This document shows positions 13,631 through 27,799 of a stretch of 64,000 nt of DNA, piece by piece (position 1 is the first letter of the stretch; each line of letters starts with the position of its first letter). The notes under the pieces are model-generated. The model did not search any database. It saw only the letters and a list, made by a program, of their open reading frames with translations, and had not been told where the DNA came from. The position numbers and the translations under genes were made by a program. The stretch is taken from positions 28,460,001 to 28,524,000 of the forward strand of contig CM097885.1 in assembly GCA_044892525.1 (NCBI GenBank). The letters are read 5' to 3'. The stretch comes from Schmidtea polychroa (lineage: Eukaryota).

Positions 13631-14322
13631 AGTAGAGAGAAGTGTGCTCCATGACTCATCGTTTTTTGTCATTTTTTTGCACTACCCCCCCCCCGATGAC
13701 TCAGCGCAAAACAAAGACATATGACTCATCGATGACTCATCCATAGCAACCGTGGTAACTGGATCAAGGTCATATGACTCACCCATAGCAACCGTGGTAA
13801 CCATGGTAACTAGATCAAGGTCGCATGACTCATCCATAGCAACGGTGGTCCTTATGGCAACTAGGTCAAGGTCATTCTATTTTTAGTAACAAGGTCACAT
13901 GAAGTCATCGATGACTCATCAAGGTCATTCTATTTTTAGTAACTAGGTCATATGGCTCATCATTTTTAAACAAAGACGATGACTCATCATTAAAGTACAT
14001 ATGACTCATCACCTTTGATCCTGCCCGATGACTCATTCTTAAAGTATGTATGACTCATCATTTTTTAAACAAAGACATTTAATATTTAAATAAATACATT
14101 TAAACAAATATTTAAATAAATACATTTTAACAAATATTTAAACAAAGACATTTAATCAAATATTTAAACAATGACATGTAAACAAATATTTAAATAAATA
14201 CATTTAAACAAATATTTAAACAAAGACATTTAATCAAATATTTAAATAATGACATGTAAACAAATATTTAAATAAATACATTTAAACAAAGACATATAGA
14301 CAAAGACTCATCGATGACTCAT
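13631..14322 (+). repeat. Left terminal inverted repeat
   Basis: Reverse complement of 26935-27661, with differences in internal repeat copy number. Confidence 0.9.
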
Positions 14323-14489
14323 AGTTTAAATAAGGAGTTATTATTTTTTTTGTGCACTATCCCCCACCTGTATGACTCATCGATGACTTCTTTGAACAAA
14401 GACCAATCATTTATTTTTAAGACAAAGACTATCACACACGATTAGAACGATGACTCAGGACTCCACTAGAACAAAGATGTTATTATAAA

Positions 14490-14950
<461 letters not shown>

Positions 14951-15649
14951 AATGTAATATTATTATTTTATTATAATTATTATTATTACTATTATTACTA
15001 TCAAATTAATATTATTTCAAAATATTATTTCAAAGTAATAAAAAATAATAATAAAAAATAAAATAATAATAACGAAGTAATAAAAAACATTACCATTTCT
15101 GATATAATTTTCTCCATAAAAACATATTCTTCATAAAAAAAATTCATAATAAAATTTCATAAAAATTCATAAATTGATTTCATAATTTCTAAAAAACATT
15201 ATAATTAAAAACATAATAATTGATATTTACTTTTTCATCCACGAGCATTTTGAAAAAAGCATAGAGTATATGTAACGTCTATCCAATCAGAATACAGATA
15301 GGATAGAGAAATATACACACACATACTCTATGCTTTGTTCTAAAATGATGAGTCATCAATGACTCACATAGTAACAAATAATGTCTTTGTTACTCATTGT
15401 CTTTGTTTAATTTACACGTGACATGAGTTCAACATGTCTTTATAATAATAATATTTTTGTGAATAATAATAAAATCAATTAATTAATTAATAATAATAAA
15501 ATTAATAATAAAATTAATTAATTAATAATAATTATAATAAAATAATAATAAAAAATAGTATTACTTTGAAAAATAATAATAATATTACTTTGAAAATAAT
15601 AATAAAATATATATATATATCAAATAATTTAAATGCAAATCAATATAAT

Positions 15650-15991
15650 AAAATGGTGGGTCCCTCAAAAAATCTTTTCAAACCTTATAATTCGAAAGGT
15701 ATTTCAGAGGTCTATCTAATGGTCATATCTTCGAATGGTATAACCTTCAAAGGGTCATAAACCTTCGAATTTTTTCAAACCTTATAATATATATATATCA
15801 AACAAAAGGAAATTCAAAAATGAGTATGATGGTCCAAGTTTAAAGGGTCCAAGGTTCAAATTTTGAAAACCTTATAATATACATATCAAACAAAAGGTAA
15901 TACAAAGATAAGTATGATAGTCCAAGGGTCGAAGGTATATGGTGTGTCAATAACCTTCAAAGGGTCAAAAACCTTCAATTTTTTTCAAACT

Positions 15992-16022
<31 letters not shown>

Positions 16023-16170
16023 CATTCGAAAGGTATTTAAGAGGTCTATCTAATGGTCATATCTTCGAAGGTGTATGGTTTGTCAATAACCTTCAAAGGG
16101 TCAAAAACCTTCAATTTTTTTTTAAAATCTCATAATATACATATCAAACAAAAGGTACTACAAAGGTAGT
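15650..16170 (-). repeat. Short inverted copy of the ~120-bp satellite of the right arm
   Basis: e.g. GAGGTCTATCTAATGG is the reverse complement of CCATTAGATAGACCTC at ~26090 and ~26338. Confidence 0.8.
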
Positions 16171-16234
16171 CATCGCTGACTTTTTATAACAAAGACAATG
16201 ACTCATCATTTTTAAAACAAAGACATCTGTTTTC

Positions 16235-16258
16235 AGAATGACGCGCCCATGGGATTTA

Positions 16259-16327
<69 letters not shown>

Positions 16328-18147
16328 ATTATATTCATGTCTTTGTTAATCATGCACTTTTATTGCAAAGTCTTTGTTAATTATGCAAGTGTATTGCAAA
16401 TTTATTAGTCATACCTTGATATTAATTTTACACACATACTCAATCCATTATTATTATTGCAAGTATTAGAGATAAACCTAAAATATTTACACACACAAGT
16501 CTATTCGAAAGTATACATGCTAGGATTACACACCTTAAGGGTAGAAAAATATTTCTGAGTGATTGTGTGTGCAATAGCCAAAAATAATAATTTTTATCAA
16601 ATTCATGTAAATTTTTTAAAAAAATCTATGTGTGTGTTATTGGTAGAGTGTGTGTGTGTAAAATATAAAATTTTATCAAATACATGTAAATTTAGTTAAA
16701 TTTTATGAAAAATCTATGTTTTCTGTGTGTGTGTGTTATGGGTAGAGTATGTGTGTGTGTGTGTAAAAATTTTATCAAATACATGTAAATTTCTTTAAAA
16801 AATCTATGTGTTTGTGTGTTATGGGGTATAGAATTATTATGTGTGTGTGTAAAAATTTTATCAAATTTCTTTAAAATTTATAAAATATCTATGTGTGTGT
16901 GTTATGGGGTAGAGTATGTGTGTGTGTAAAAATTTTATCAAATTTATGTAAATTTAGTTAAATTTTATGAAAAATCTATGTTTTCTGTGTGTGTGTGTGT
17001 TATGGGTAGAGTATGTGTGTGTAAAAATTTTATCAAATACATGTAAATTTCTTTCAAAAATCTATGTTTTCTGTGTGTGCTATGGTTAGAGAATTATTAT
17101 GGGTGTATGTGTGTACAAATAATAAATTTTATAAAAATCATGTAAATTTCTTTAAAAATCTATGTTTTCTGTGTGTGTGTGGTATGGGTAATTATTATGG
17201 GTGTGTAAAAAAACTTTAATCAAATACATGTAAATTTCTTTCAAAAATCTATGTGTGTGCTATGGTTAGAGAATTATTATATGTGTATTTGTGTACAAAT
17301 AATAAATTTTATAAAAATCATGTAAATTTCTTTAAAAAATCTATGTTTTCTGTGTGTGTGTGCTATGGGGTAGAGTATGTGTGTGTAAAAAAACTTTTAT
17401 CAAATACATGTAGATTTCTTTAAAAAATCTATGTGTGTGTGCTATAGAGTAGAGTATGTGTGTGTGTGTGTAAAAAACTTTTATCAAATACATGTAAATT
17501 TCTTTCAAAAATCTATGTTTTCTGTGAGTGCTATGGTTAGAGAATTATTATGGGTTTATGTGTGTACAAATAATAAATTTTATAAAATTCATGTAAATTT
17601 CTTTAAAAATCTATGTTTTCTGTGTGTGTGTGTGTGGTATGGGTAATTATTATGGGTGTGTAAAAAACTTTTATCAAATACATGTAGATTTCTTTCAAAA
17701 ATCTATGTGTGTGCTATGGTTAGAGAATTATTATATGTGTATTTGTGTACAAATAATAAATTTTATAAAAATCATGTAAATTTCTTTAAAAAATCTATGT
17801 TTTCTGTGTGTGTGTGCTATGGGGTAGAGTATGTGTGTGTAAAAAACTTTTATCAAATACATGTAAATTTCTTTCAAAAATCTATGTTTTCTGTGTGTGT
17901 ATGTGTGTGTTATGGGGTAGAGTGTGTGTGTGTGTAAAATATTTTATCAAATTTCTTGAAAAATCTATGTTTTTGTGTGAATTGTACATGTATTGCACAT
18001 GCTTATTTTAACACGGGTATATATGCTTAATATGTGATTATACTCTGAGTTTATCCGACAAGATATTTTGTCCCCCTATGGGTAATGTTCACACTCAACA
18101 TGTTGCAAGTGTACTGCTCACAAGGGTATTATTATTATTATTATTAA

Positions 18148-18219
<72 letters not shown>

Positions 18220-18330
18220 CACAAGCTCACACTCAACATTTCTCAAAGGGTATAAATTCTGACCAATCAATTAAGGAGTAGAACAAAAATATATTGCGTT
18301 GCGGTATTTTAAAACTTAAATATATTTTGA
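16235..18330 (+). repeat. Left inner arm incl. ~60-80-bp GT-rich minisatellite (16590-17975)
   Basis: Reverse complement of 21230-23165 (shared GACGCGCCCATGGG, ACACCTTAAGGGTAG, and the identical MGNVHTQHVASVLLTR pseudo-ORFs on opposite strands). Confidence 0.9.
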
Positions 18331-18353
18331 TACCATTTTCAACATTTTCATCA

Positions 18354-18416
<63 letters not shown>

Positions 18417-18893
18417 ATTATTATTTATTATTGCAAATATTTACACGCACACAAGTTATGGGGTAGATAATTATTGTGTGTGCAATAGGCAAAAATAATA
18501 AATTTTATAAAAATCTTGTAAATTTCTTTAAAAAAATCTGTGTGTGTGTGTTATGGGCTAGAGAATTATTATGTGTGTGTGTGTAAAAATATGAAATTTT
18601 ATCAAATTTCTTTAAAATTTATGAAAAATCTATGTGTGTGTGCATTGTACATATATTACACATTCCTATTTTAACACGGACGTATATGCTTAATATGTGA
18701 TTATTATATAAATACTCTTAGTTTATCATTATTATTACCACAAGCTCACACTCAACATGTCTCAAAGGGTATAAATTCTGATCAATTAAGTGGTAGAACA
18801 AAAATATATTACGTTGCGGTATTTTAAAACTTAAACACATTTTCACACAAGGTACAGCTCACATGCAATATCTCACAAGGGTATTAATATTAA

Positions 18894-18939
<46 letters not shown>

Positions 18940-19003
18940 ATTATTATTATTATTATTATTATTATTATAATTATTAATATCAATGTTATATTATTATTTT
19001 TCA

Positions 19004-19055
<52 letters not shown>

Positions 19056-20156
19056 AATAATATCAATGTCATATTATTATTTTTCAAACTAATATTATTA
19101 TTATTATTATTATTATAGAGCGATTCAGTATCATTTATTACGCAGTATTTTACGTTGCAGTATTTTAAATTAATGAGTTTTTATTATGTGATGTTCAAAT
19201 ATATGTGTGGATGCAAATATTTGTTTAAAATTTTCATCAGTGTATCCTCAATTTTAAATTAATTTGATATATTAATTAACTGAAAACTTTATTTCACTTG
19301 AAATTCATCATATTACTCCATGTAAATTAACCAAACGATCATGTCTCTATAATAATAAAAAATAGAAATTTGACAAAAATTACTCCAAATGATAAAGAAT
19401 TTATACCAAATTTATTAATGAATTGTCAATAAATGATCATGTATTTCTCACAAAGATATAAATTAACCAATGAATTTATTAATTATTGTCTGAAAATATT
19501 ATTTTAAATGACATATTTAACCAATATTCTTCGCACAAAATATTCATGTTTTGGTAAATGTTGCTCAAAAATCTTAACTTATTCTCACAAAGATATATTA
19601 CAATGATAATAAATTAGAATTCTAACTAATAAACACCTTAATTGGTTAACCAGATGATCATATTTCTATTATGACTCGAACAAAGATTTTTACTCCAAAG
19701 AATCAATGTTGTTATTAATGTATTTCTCACGAAGTTAACTATTGTAATGAACATTAGATGAATAAATTACCTATGAAAATATTTTACTAAATTACCTTTT
19801 AAATGACAAAGTTAATCAATAAATTAATCGTTCGAAATAAGAATAAAGTTACATTTCAAATATTACCCAAATATTTCTCACTAAATTACCTAAGAATTTA
19901 TATATATACATGTGCCTTAATTACCCTAGCGACCAGTACCTTTACGACAAATACCCATAGGGGGACAAAATATCTTGTCGGATAAACTCTGAGTATATAA
20001 AAGAACTTACAATCTTTATTGATTAATTTGTTGTATATATATTTGCATTGACACATCAAAATGTCAGATAATATTTATAAATTAACTAAAAAATATACAA
20101 AATAGCAATAAATGTGCATGATTCAAAAAAAGACACTAGAAATTTGTATTGAGAAA

Positions 20157-20795
20157 TTACATATATATAGTATGATATTCATTAATCAAAGTTGAACAGG
20201 CTTGACAATTGCGAACATTCTTCTCGTGACACTTAGAACAAACAATTACATGACCACACGGTAAAAACAAAACCGAAACTTGATTTTCTTTACAGATTGA
20301 ACAAGTTAAATACATTTTCTTAACATCGTTCAGTTTTTCCGTTAGTTTATTTTCAATCAAATCGACTTTCGCCATCCATTCATAAATCAATCTACTATAT
20401 CCCGGTTTCAATCTTAAATACATGCAACTCCAAAAGTATTCATTTAGTGTATCGTTGTTTACCACTGTTTTTTCAAAATACATTAAATAACTAAACTTCA
20501 AAATACATTTATCATAATTAAATAAATCAATCAAATATTCAATAGAGGAATGTTTGAAAATTTTTAAAACATTTATGATTTTCTTATCAGTGTAAGCATC
20601 ATGATTATTTATAAAATCTTCAACTATGTTAAAAAATTTCAATGAGCGATTATCTTCAGAATAGGATAGACTTAATCTTTCATTATTTCGAGTTCCTTGC
20701 TATAAATCACAAAAAAATTGATAAAATAATAAAGTTACCAAATACATTTTGTGATTTACACAATCATATTCAACAGTTTTACTTGTAGAAATCAT
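20157..20795 (-). CDS. IAP-type C3HC4 RING-finger protein without BIR domain, ~199 aa; exons 20795-20739 and 20699-20157
   Basis: C-terminal CSICKENQVSVLFLPCGHVIVCSKC...CQAC...TIYM* is the IAP/MDM2-like terminal RING; 39-bp GT-AG intron 20738-20700 removes the in-frame TAG and links to ATG 20795. Confidence 0.8.
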
Positions 20796-21019
20796 CAGTA
20801 ATAACTAAATTACTTTTGTTTTTACATTTATCACAATAGATATAACCAATCAAATTAGAATTTTCAAAATGTAATCGATGAGTCACGTGACCTTGATGAG
20901 TCATATGACCTTGAATGAGTCATACTTTATAAAATAAGAATTTTGAAGAAAATAATCATGAAAAACAATGAAAATATTGCTTATTACAACATTCGGATAC
21001 CCTATATAAAACCCATCGA

Positions 21020-21090
<71 letters not shown>

Positions 21091-21229
21091 ATTGAAAATA
21101 ACTTTGAAAATAATATATTCATGCAAATGATAAAAATGTTGAAAATCATGAAATCGATGCAAAAATTATGAAAATAATTATGAAAATGTTCTTGCATCTA
21201 ATGAAAATGGCGTCAAAATATGTTTTGAA

Positions 21230-21376
21230 AATAAGATTTTAACATACCACAACGTAATATATTTTTGTTCTACCCCTTCATTGATTAGTCAGAATTTAAT
21301 AATATGCCCTTTGAGACATGTTGTATATGAGCATTATCCATCCGGGGACTAAATATCTTGTCGGATAAACTCTGAG

Positions 21377-21439
<63 letters not shown>

Positions 21440-23013
21440 CCTTGTGAGCAGTACACTTGCAACATGTTGAGTGTGAACATTACCCATTATCTTGTCGGAT
21501 AAACTCAGAGTATAATCACATATTAAGCATATATACCCGTGTTAAAATAAGCATGTGCAATACATGTATAATTCACACAAAAACATAGATTTTTCATAAA
21601 TTTTAAAGAAATTGGATAAAATTTCATATTTTTACACACATACACACACAATAATTCTCTACCCCATAGCACACACACATACACACACAGAAAACATAGA
21701 TTTTTGAAAGAAATTTACATGTATTTGATAAAAGTTTTTTACACACACATACTCTACCCCATAGCACACACACACAGAAAACATAGATTTTTTACAGAAA
21801 TTTACATGATTTTTATAAAATTTATTATTTGTACACAAATACACATATAATAATTCTCTAACCATAGCACACACATAGATTTTTTAAAGAAATTTACATG
21901 TATTTGATAAAAGTTTTTTACACACCCATATTAATTACCCATACCACACACACACACAGAAAACATAGATTTTTAAAGAAATTTACATGATTTTTATAAA
22001 ATTTATTATTTGTACACACATACACCCATAATAATTCTCTAACCATAGCACACACAGAAAACATAGATTTTTGAAAGAAATTTACATGTATTTGATAAAA
22101 GTTTTACACACACACATACTCTACCCCATAGCACACACACACATAGATTTTTTAAAGAAATCTACATGTATTTGGTAAAAGTTTTTTACACACACATACT
22201 CTACCCCATAACACACACATATATAGATTTTTCATAAATTTTAAAGAAATTTGATATAATTTTTACACACATATACAATAATTCTCTACCCCATAGGACA
22301 AACACACATATAGATTTTTTAAAGAAATTTACATGTATTTGATAAAATTTTTACACACACACATACTCTACCCATAACACACACAGACACAGAAAACATA
22401 GATTTTTCATAAAATTTAACTAAATTTACATGTATTTGATAAAATTTCATATTTTTACACACACATACTATACCCGTAACACACACACATAGATTTTTCA
22501 TAAAATTTAACTAAATTTACATGTATTTGATAAAATTTCATATTTACGCACACACATACTATACCCGTAACACACAAACACAAAAAAACATAGATTTTTC
22601 TTAAAATTTACCTAAATTTATACATGTATTTAATAAAATTTCATATTTTACACACTCACACTCTACCAATAACACACACATAGATTTTTTAAAAAAATTT
22701 ACATGTATTTGATAAAATTTATTATTTTTGGCTATTGCACACACAATCACTCAGAAATATTTTTCTACCCTTAAGGTGTGTAATCCTAGCATGTATACTT
22801 TCGAATAGACTTGTGTCTGTGGAAATATTTTAGGTTTTTCTCTAATACTTGCAATAATAATAATGGATTGAGTATGTGTGTAAAATTAATATCAAGGTAT
22901 GACTAATAAATTTGCAATACACTTGCATAATTAACAAAGACTTTGCAATAAACGTGCATGATTAACAAAGACATGAATATAATATTAATAATAATAATAA
23001 TAATAATAATAAA

Positions 23014-23056
<43 letters not shown>

Positions 23057-23165
23057 TTAATATTAATAATAATAAAAATAATAATAATACTATTGATAAT
23101 AATAAATAATATTGATAATAATAATAATTTTGATATTAATAATAATAAATCCCATGGGCGCGTCA
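21230..23165 (-). repeat. Right inner arm incl. CA-rich minisatellite
   Basis: Reverse complement of 16235-18330. Confidence 0.9.
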
Positions 23166-23689
23166 TTGTCTTTGTTCAAAAAATAAATGAGTCATCGATG
23201 AGTACTTTTGTATTGCCGTTTGTTGGATAGATGTCTTTGTTACTAAAAATAGAACGACAAAAAAAATAATATAATCAACGATTTAAACAAAATTAAATTA
23301 TTACGTAATCGATTATTAAAACAAAAATAAACCGCCGGAACAAAAATAGATGTCTTTGTTACTAAAAATAGAACGACCTTGGTGACTCAGCGGCTGAGTC
23401 TTTGTTTAAATTACCTTGATAATTAAAACTTGATGATAATAATAATATTAATAATAAATTTTGATAATATCTTCGAAAATAATAATAATACTATTGATAA
23501 TAATAAATAATATTAAAATTAATAATAATAAATAATAATAATACTAATGATAGTAATAAATAATAAATCCCATGGGCGCGTCATTGTCTTTGTTCAAAAA
23601 ATAAATGAGTCATCGATGAGTACTTTTGTATTGCCGATTGTTTGATATGTATATTACAAGGTTTGAAAAATTTAAACCTTGGATCCTTA

Positions 23690-25880
23690 GACTCTTTGAC
23701 CTTCAAACTTGGACCATGATACTTACATCTCAAATACCTTTTGTTTGATATGTATATTATAAGGTTTTAAAACTTTTGAACCTTGGACCCTTTCGGTGGT
23801 ATGACCTTTGAGGGTATGACCATCATACTCACCTTTGTATTACCTTTTATTTGACATGTATATATCTATATGTATAATTTTTAAAGGTTTTGGACCCTTT
23901 GAAGGTTTGAAGGTTCAGGACCATTCATAAACCTTTGAAAGTATGACCATGATACTTACATCTCAAATACCTTTTGTTTGATGTATATTATAAGGTTTTA
24001 AAAATTTTGAACCTTGGACCCTTTCGGTGGTATGACCTTTGAGGGTATGACCATCATACTCACCTTTGTATTACCTTTTATTTGACATGTATATATCTAT
24101 ATGTATAATTTTTAAAGGTTTTGGACCCTTTGAAGGTTTGAAGGTTCAGGACCATTCATAAACCTTTGAAAGTATGACCATGATACTTACATCTCAAATA
24201 CCTTTTGTTTGATGTATATTATAAGGTTTTAAAAATTTTGAACCTTGGACCCTTTCGGTGGTATGACCTTTGAGGGTATGACCATCATACTCACCTTTGT
24301 ATTACCTTTTATTTGTCATGTATATATCTATATGTATAATTTTTAAAGGTTTTGGACCCTTTGAAGGTTTGAAGGTTCAGGACCATTCATAAACCTTTGA
24401 AAGTATGACCATGATACTTACATCTCAAATACCTTTTGTTTGATATGTATATTATAAGGTTTTAAAACTTTTGAACCTTGGACCCTTTCGGTGGTATGAC
24501 CTTTGAGGGTATGACCATCATACTCACCTTTGTATTACCTTTTATTTGACATGTATATATCTATATGTATAATTTTTAAAGGTTTTGGACCCTTTGAAGG
24601 TTTGAAGGTTCAGGACCATTCATAAACCTTTGAAAGTATGACCATGATACTTACATCTCAAATACCTTTGTTTGATGTATATTATAAGGTTTTAAAATTT
24701 TTGAACCTTGGACCCTTTCGGTGGTATGACCTTTGAGGGTATGACCATCATACTCACCTTTGTATTACCTTTTATTTGACATGTATATATCTATATGTAT
24801 AAATTTTAAAGGTTTTGGACCCTTTGAAGGTTTGAAGGTTCAGGACCATTCATAACCCTTTGAAAGTATGACCATGATACTTACATCTCAAATACCTTTT
24901 GTTTGATGTATATTATAAGGTTTTAAAAATTTTGAACCTTGGACCCTTTCGGTGGTATGACCTTTGAGGGTATGACCATCACTCACCTTTGTATTACCTT
25001 TTATTTGACATGTATATATCTATATGTATAATTTTTAAAGGTTTTGGACCCTTTGAAGGTTTGAAGGTTCAGGACCATTCATAAACCTTTGAAAGTATGA
25101 CCATGATACTTACATCTCAAATACCTTTTGTTTGATGTATATTATAAGGTTTTAAAAATTTTGAACCTTGGACCCTTTCGGTGGTATGACCTTTGAGGGT
25201 ATGACCATCATACTTACCTTTGTATTACCTTTTATTTGTCATGTTTATATCTATATGTATAATTTTTAAAGGTTTTGGACCCTTTGAAGGTTTGAAGGTT
25301 CAGGACCATTCATAAACCTTTGAAAGTATGACCATGATACTTACATCTCAAATACCTTTGTTTGATGTATATTATAAGGTTTTAAAATTTTTGAACCTTG
25401 GACCCTTTCGGTGGTATGACCTTTGAGGGTATGACCATCATACTCACCTTTGTATTACCTTTTATTTGACATGTATATATCTATATGTATAATTTTTAAA
25501 GGTTTTGGACCCTTTGAAGGTTTGAAGGTTCAGGACCATTCATAAACCTTTGAATGTATGACCATGATAATTACATCTCAAATACCTTTTGTTTGATATG
25601 TATATTATAAGGTTTTAAAACTTTTGAACCTTGGACCCTTTCGGTGGTATGACCTTTGAGGGTATGACCATCATACTCACCTTTGTATTACCTTTTATTT
25701 GACATGTATATATCTATATGTATAATTTTTAAAGGTTTTGGACCCTTTGAAGGTTTGAAGGTTCAGGACCATTCATAAACCTTTGAAAGTATGACCATGA
25801 TACTTACATCTCAAATACCTTTTGTTTGATATGTATATTATAAGGTTTTAAAATTTTTGAACCTTGGACCCTTCGACCCT
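23690..25880 (+). repeat. Tandem satellite, ~231-bp unit, ~9.5 near-identical copies
   Basis: GGACCCTTTCGGTGG recurs at 23785, 24016, 24247, 24480, 24710, 24941, 25170, 25400, 25633. Confidence 0.95.
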
Positions 25881-25916
25881 TGGACCTTTGAACTCACCAT
25901 CAAAAGTCCTTTTGAA

Positions 25917-26019
<103 letters not shown>

Positions 26020-26039
26020 GATTTGAAAAATATTTAATT

Positions 26040-26855
26040 TTGGACACCCTTTGAAGTTATTGACCCACCATATACCTTCGAGGGTATAGCCATTAGATAG
26101 ACCTCTCAAATACCTTTCGACTGATATATATATTATAAAGTTTGAAAAAATTCGAAGGTTTTTGACCCTTTGAAGGTTATTGACCAACCATACACCTTCG
26201 AGGGTATGACCATCATACTTACCTCTCAAATACCTTTCGACTGATATATATATATATATATTATAAAGTTTGAAAAAATTCGAAGGTTTTTAACCCTTTA
26301 AAGGTTATTGACCAACCATACACCTTCGAGGATATGACCATTAGATAGACCTCTCAAATACCTTTCGACTGATATATATATATTATAAAGTTTGAAAAAA
26401 TTCGTAGGTTTTTTACCCTTTGAAGATCGAGGACCCACCATTCACCTTCGAGGGTATGACCATCATATTTACCTTTGTATTACCTTTTGTTTGATAAATA
26501 TATTATAGTTTGAAAAAATTCGAAGGTTTTGTACCCTTTGAAGGCCAAGGACCCACCATTCACCTTCGAGGGTTTGACCATCATATTTACCTCTCAAATA
26601 CCTTTCGAATGATATATATATATTATAAAGTTTGAAAAAATTCGTAGGTTTTTTATCCTTTGAAGATCGAGGACCCACCATTCACCTTCGAGGGTATGAC
26701 CATCATATTTACCTTTGTATTACCTTTTGTTTGATAAATATATTATAGTTTGAAAAAATTCGAAGGTTTTGTACCCTTTGAAGGCCAAGGACCCACCATT
26801 CACCTTCGAGGGTTTGACCATCATATTTACCTCTCAAATACCTTTCGAATGATAC
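26040..26855 (+). repeat. Tandem satellite, ~120-bp unit, ~7 copies, related to the half-unit of the 231-bp satellite
   Basis: ACCTTCGAGG...GACCATCATA recurs about every 120 bp. Confidence 0.9.
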
Positions 26856-26934
26856 CCTTGTGTGAAGGTTTGGCCTTATTTGACCTTTGGAAATTTAAAT
26901 ATGACCTTGACCTTAAAACACGACACTGACCTCG

Positions 26935-27661
26935 ATGAGTCATCGATGAGTCTTTGTCTATATGTCTTTGTTTAAATGTATTTATTTAAATATTTGTTTA
27001 TATGTCATTGTTTAAATATTTGATTAAATGTCTTTGTTTAAATATTTGTTTAAATGTATTTATTTAAATATTTGTTTACATGTCATTGTTTAAATATTTG
27101 ATTAAATGTCTTTGTTTAAATATTTGTTTAAATGTATTTATTTAAATATTTGTTTAAATGTATTTATTTAAATTTTTGTTTAAATGTATTTATTTAAAAA
27201 TTTGTTTAAATGTATTTATTTAAATTTTTGTTTAAATGTATTTATTTAAATATTTGTTTTAATGTCTTTGTTTAAATATTAAATATGTCTTTGTTTAAAA
27301 AAATGATGAGTCATATGTACTTTAACAATGAGTCAGTTGGCTTTGTTTCAAAAATTATGAGTCATATGACCTTGTTACTAAAAATAGAATGACCTTGACC
27401 TAGTTACTAAAAATAGAATGACCTTGGTGAGTCATCGATGACGTCACGTGACCTAGTTACTAAAAATAGAATGACCTCGACCTAGTTACCGTGGTTACCA
27501 CGGTTGCTATGGATGAGTCATATAACCTTGACCCAGTCACCGCTGTTGCTATGGATGAGTCATCGATGAGTCATATGTCTTTGTTTTGCGCTGAGTCATC
27601 GGGGGGGTAGTGCAAAAAAATGACAAAAAACGATGAGTCATGGAGCACACTTCTCTCTACT
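26935..27661 (-). repeat. Right terminal inverted repeat
   Basis: Reverse complement of 13631-14322. Confidence 0.9.
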
Positions 27662-27799
27662 CAAAAAATTCAGATTTTTTGCTCGACTTTAAATATTTTT
27701 GACTCGGAGAGGGTTAAATCGAATATAAAAATTATTATATATTTAATTTGTTATACATTTAAATTAAATATAAAAATCTTTTTTCCTTGCAGAAATTTT

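Noticed and set aside
17431..18011. Cys/Val-rich ORFs (also 21659-22501, 25838-26681)
   Set aside because: Translations of minisatellite and satellite units
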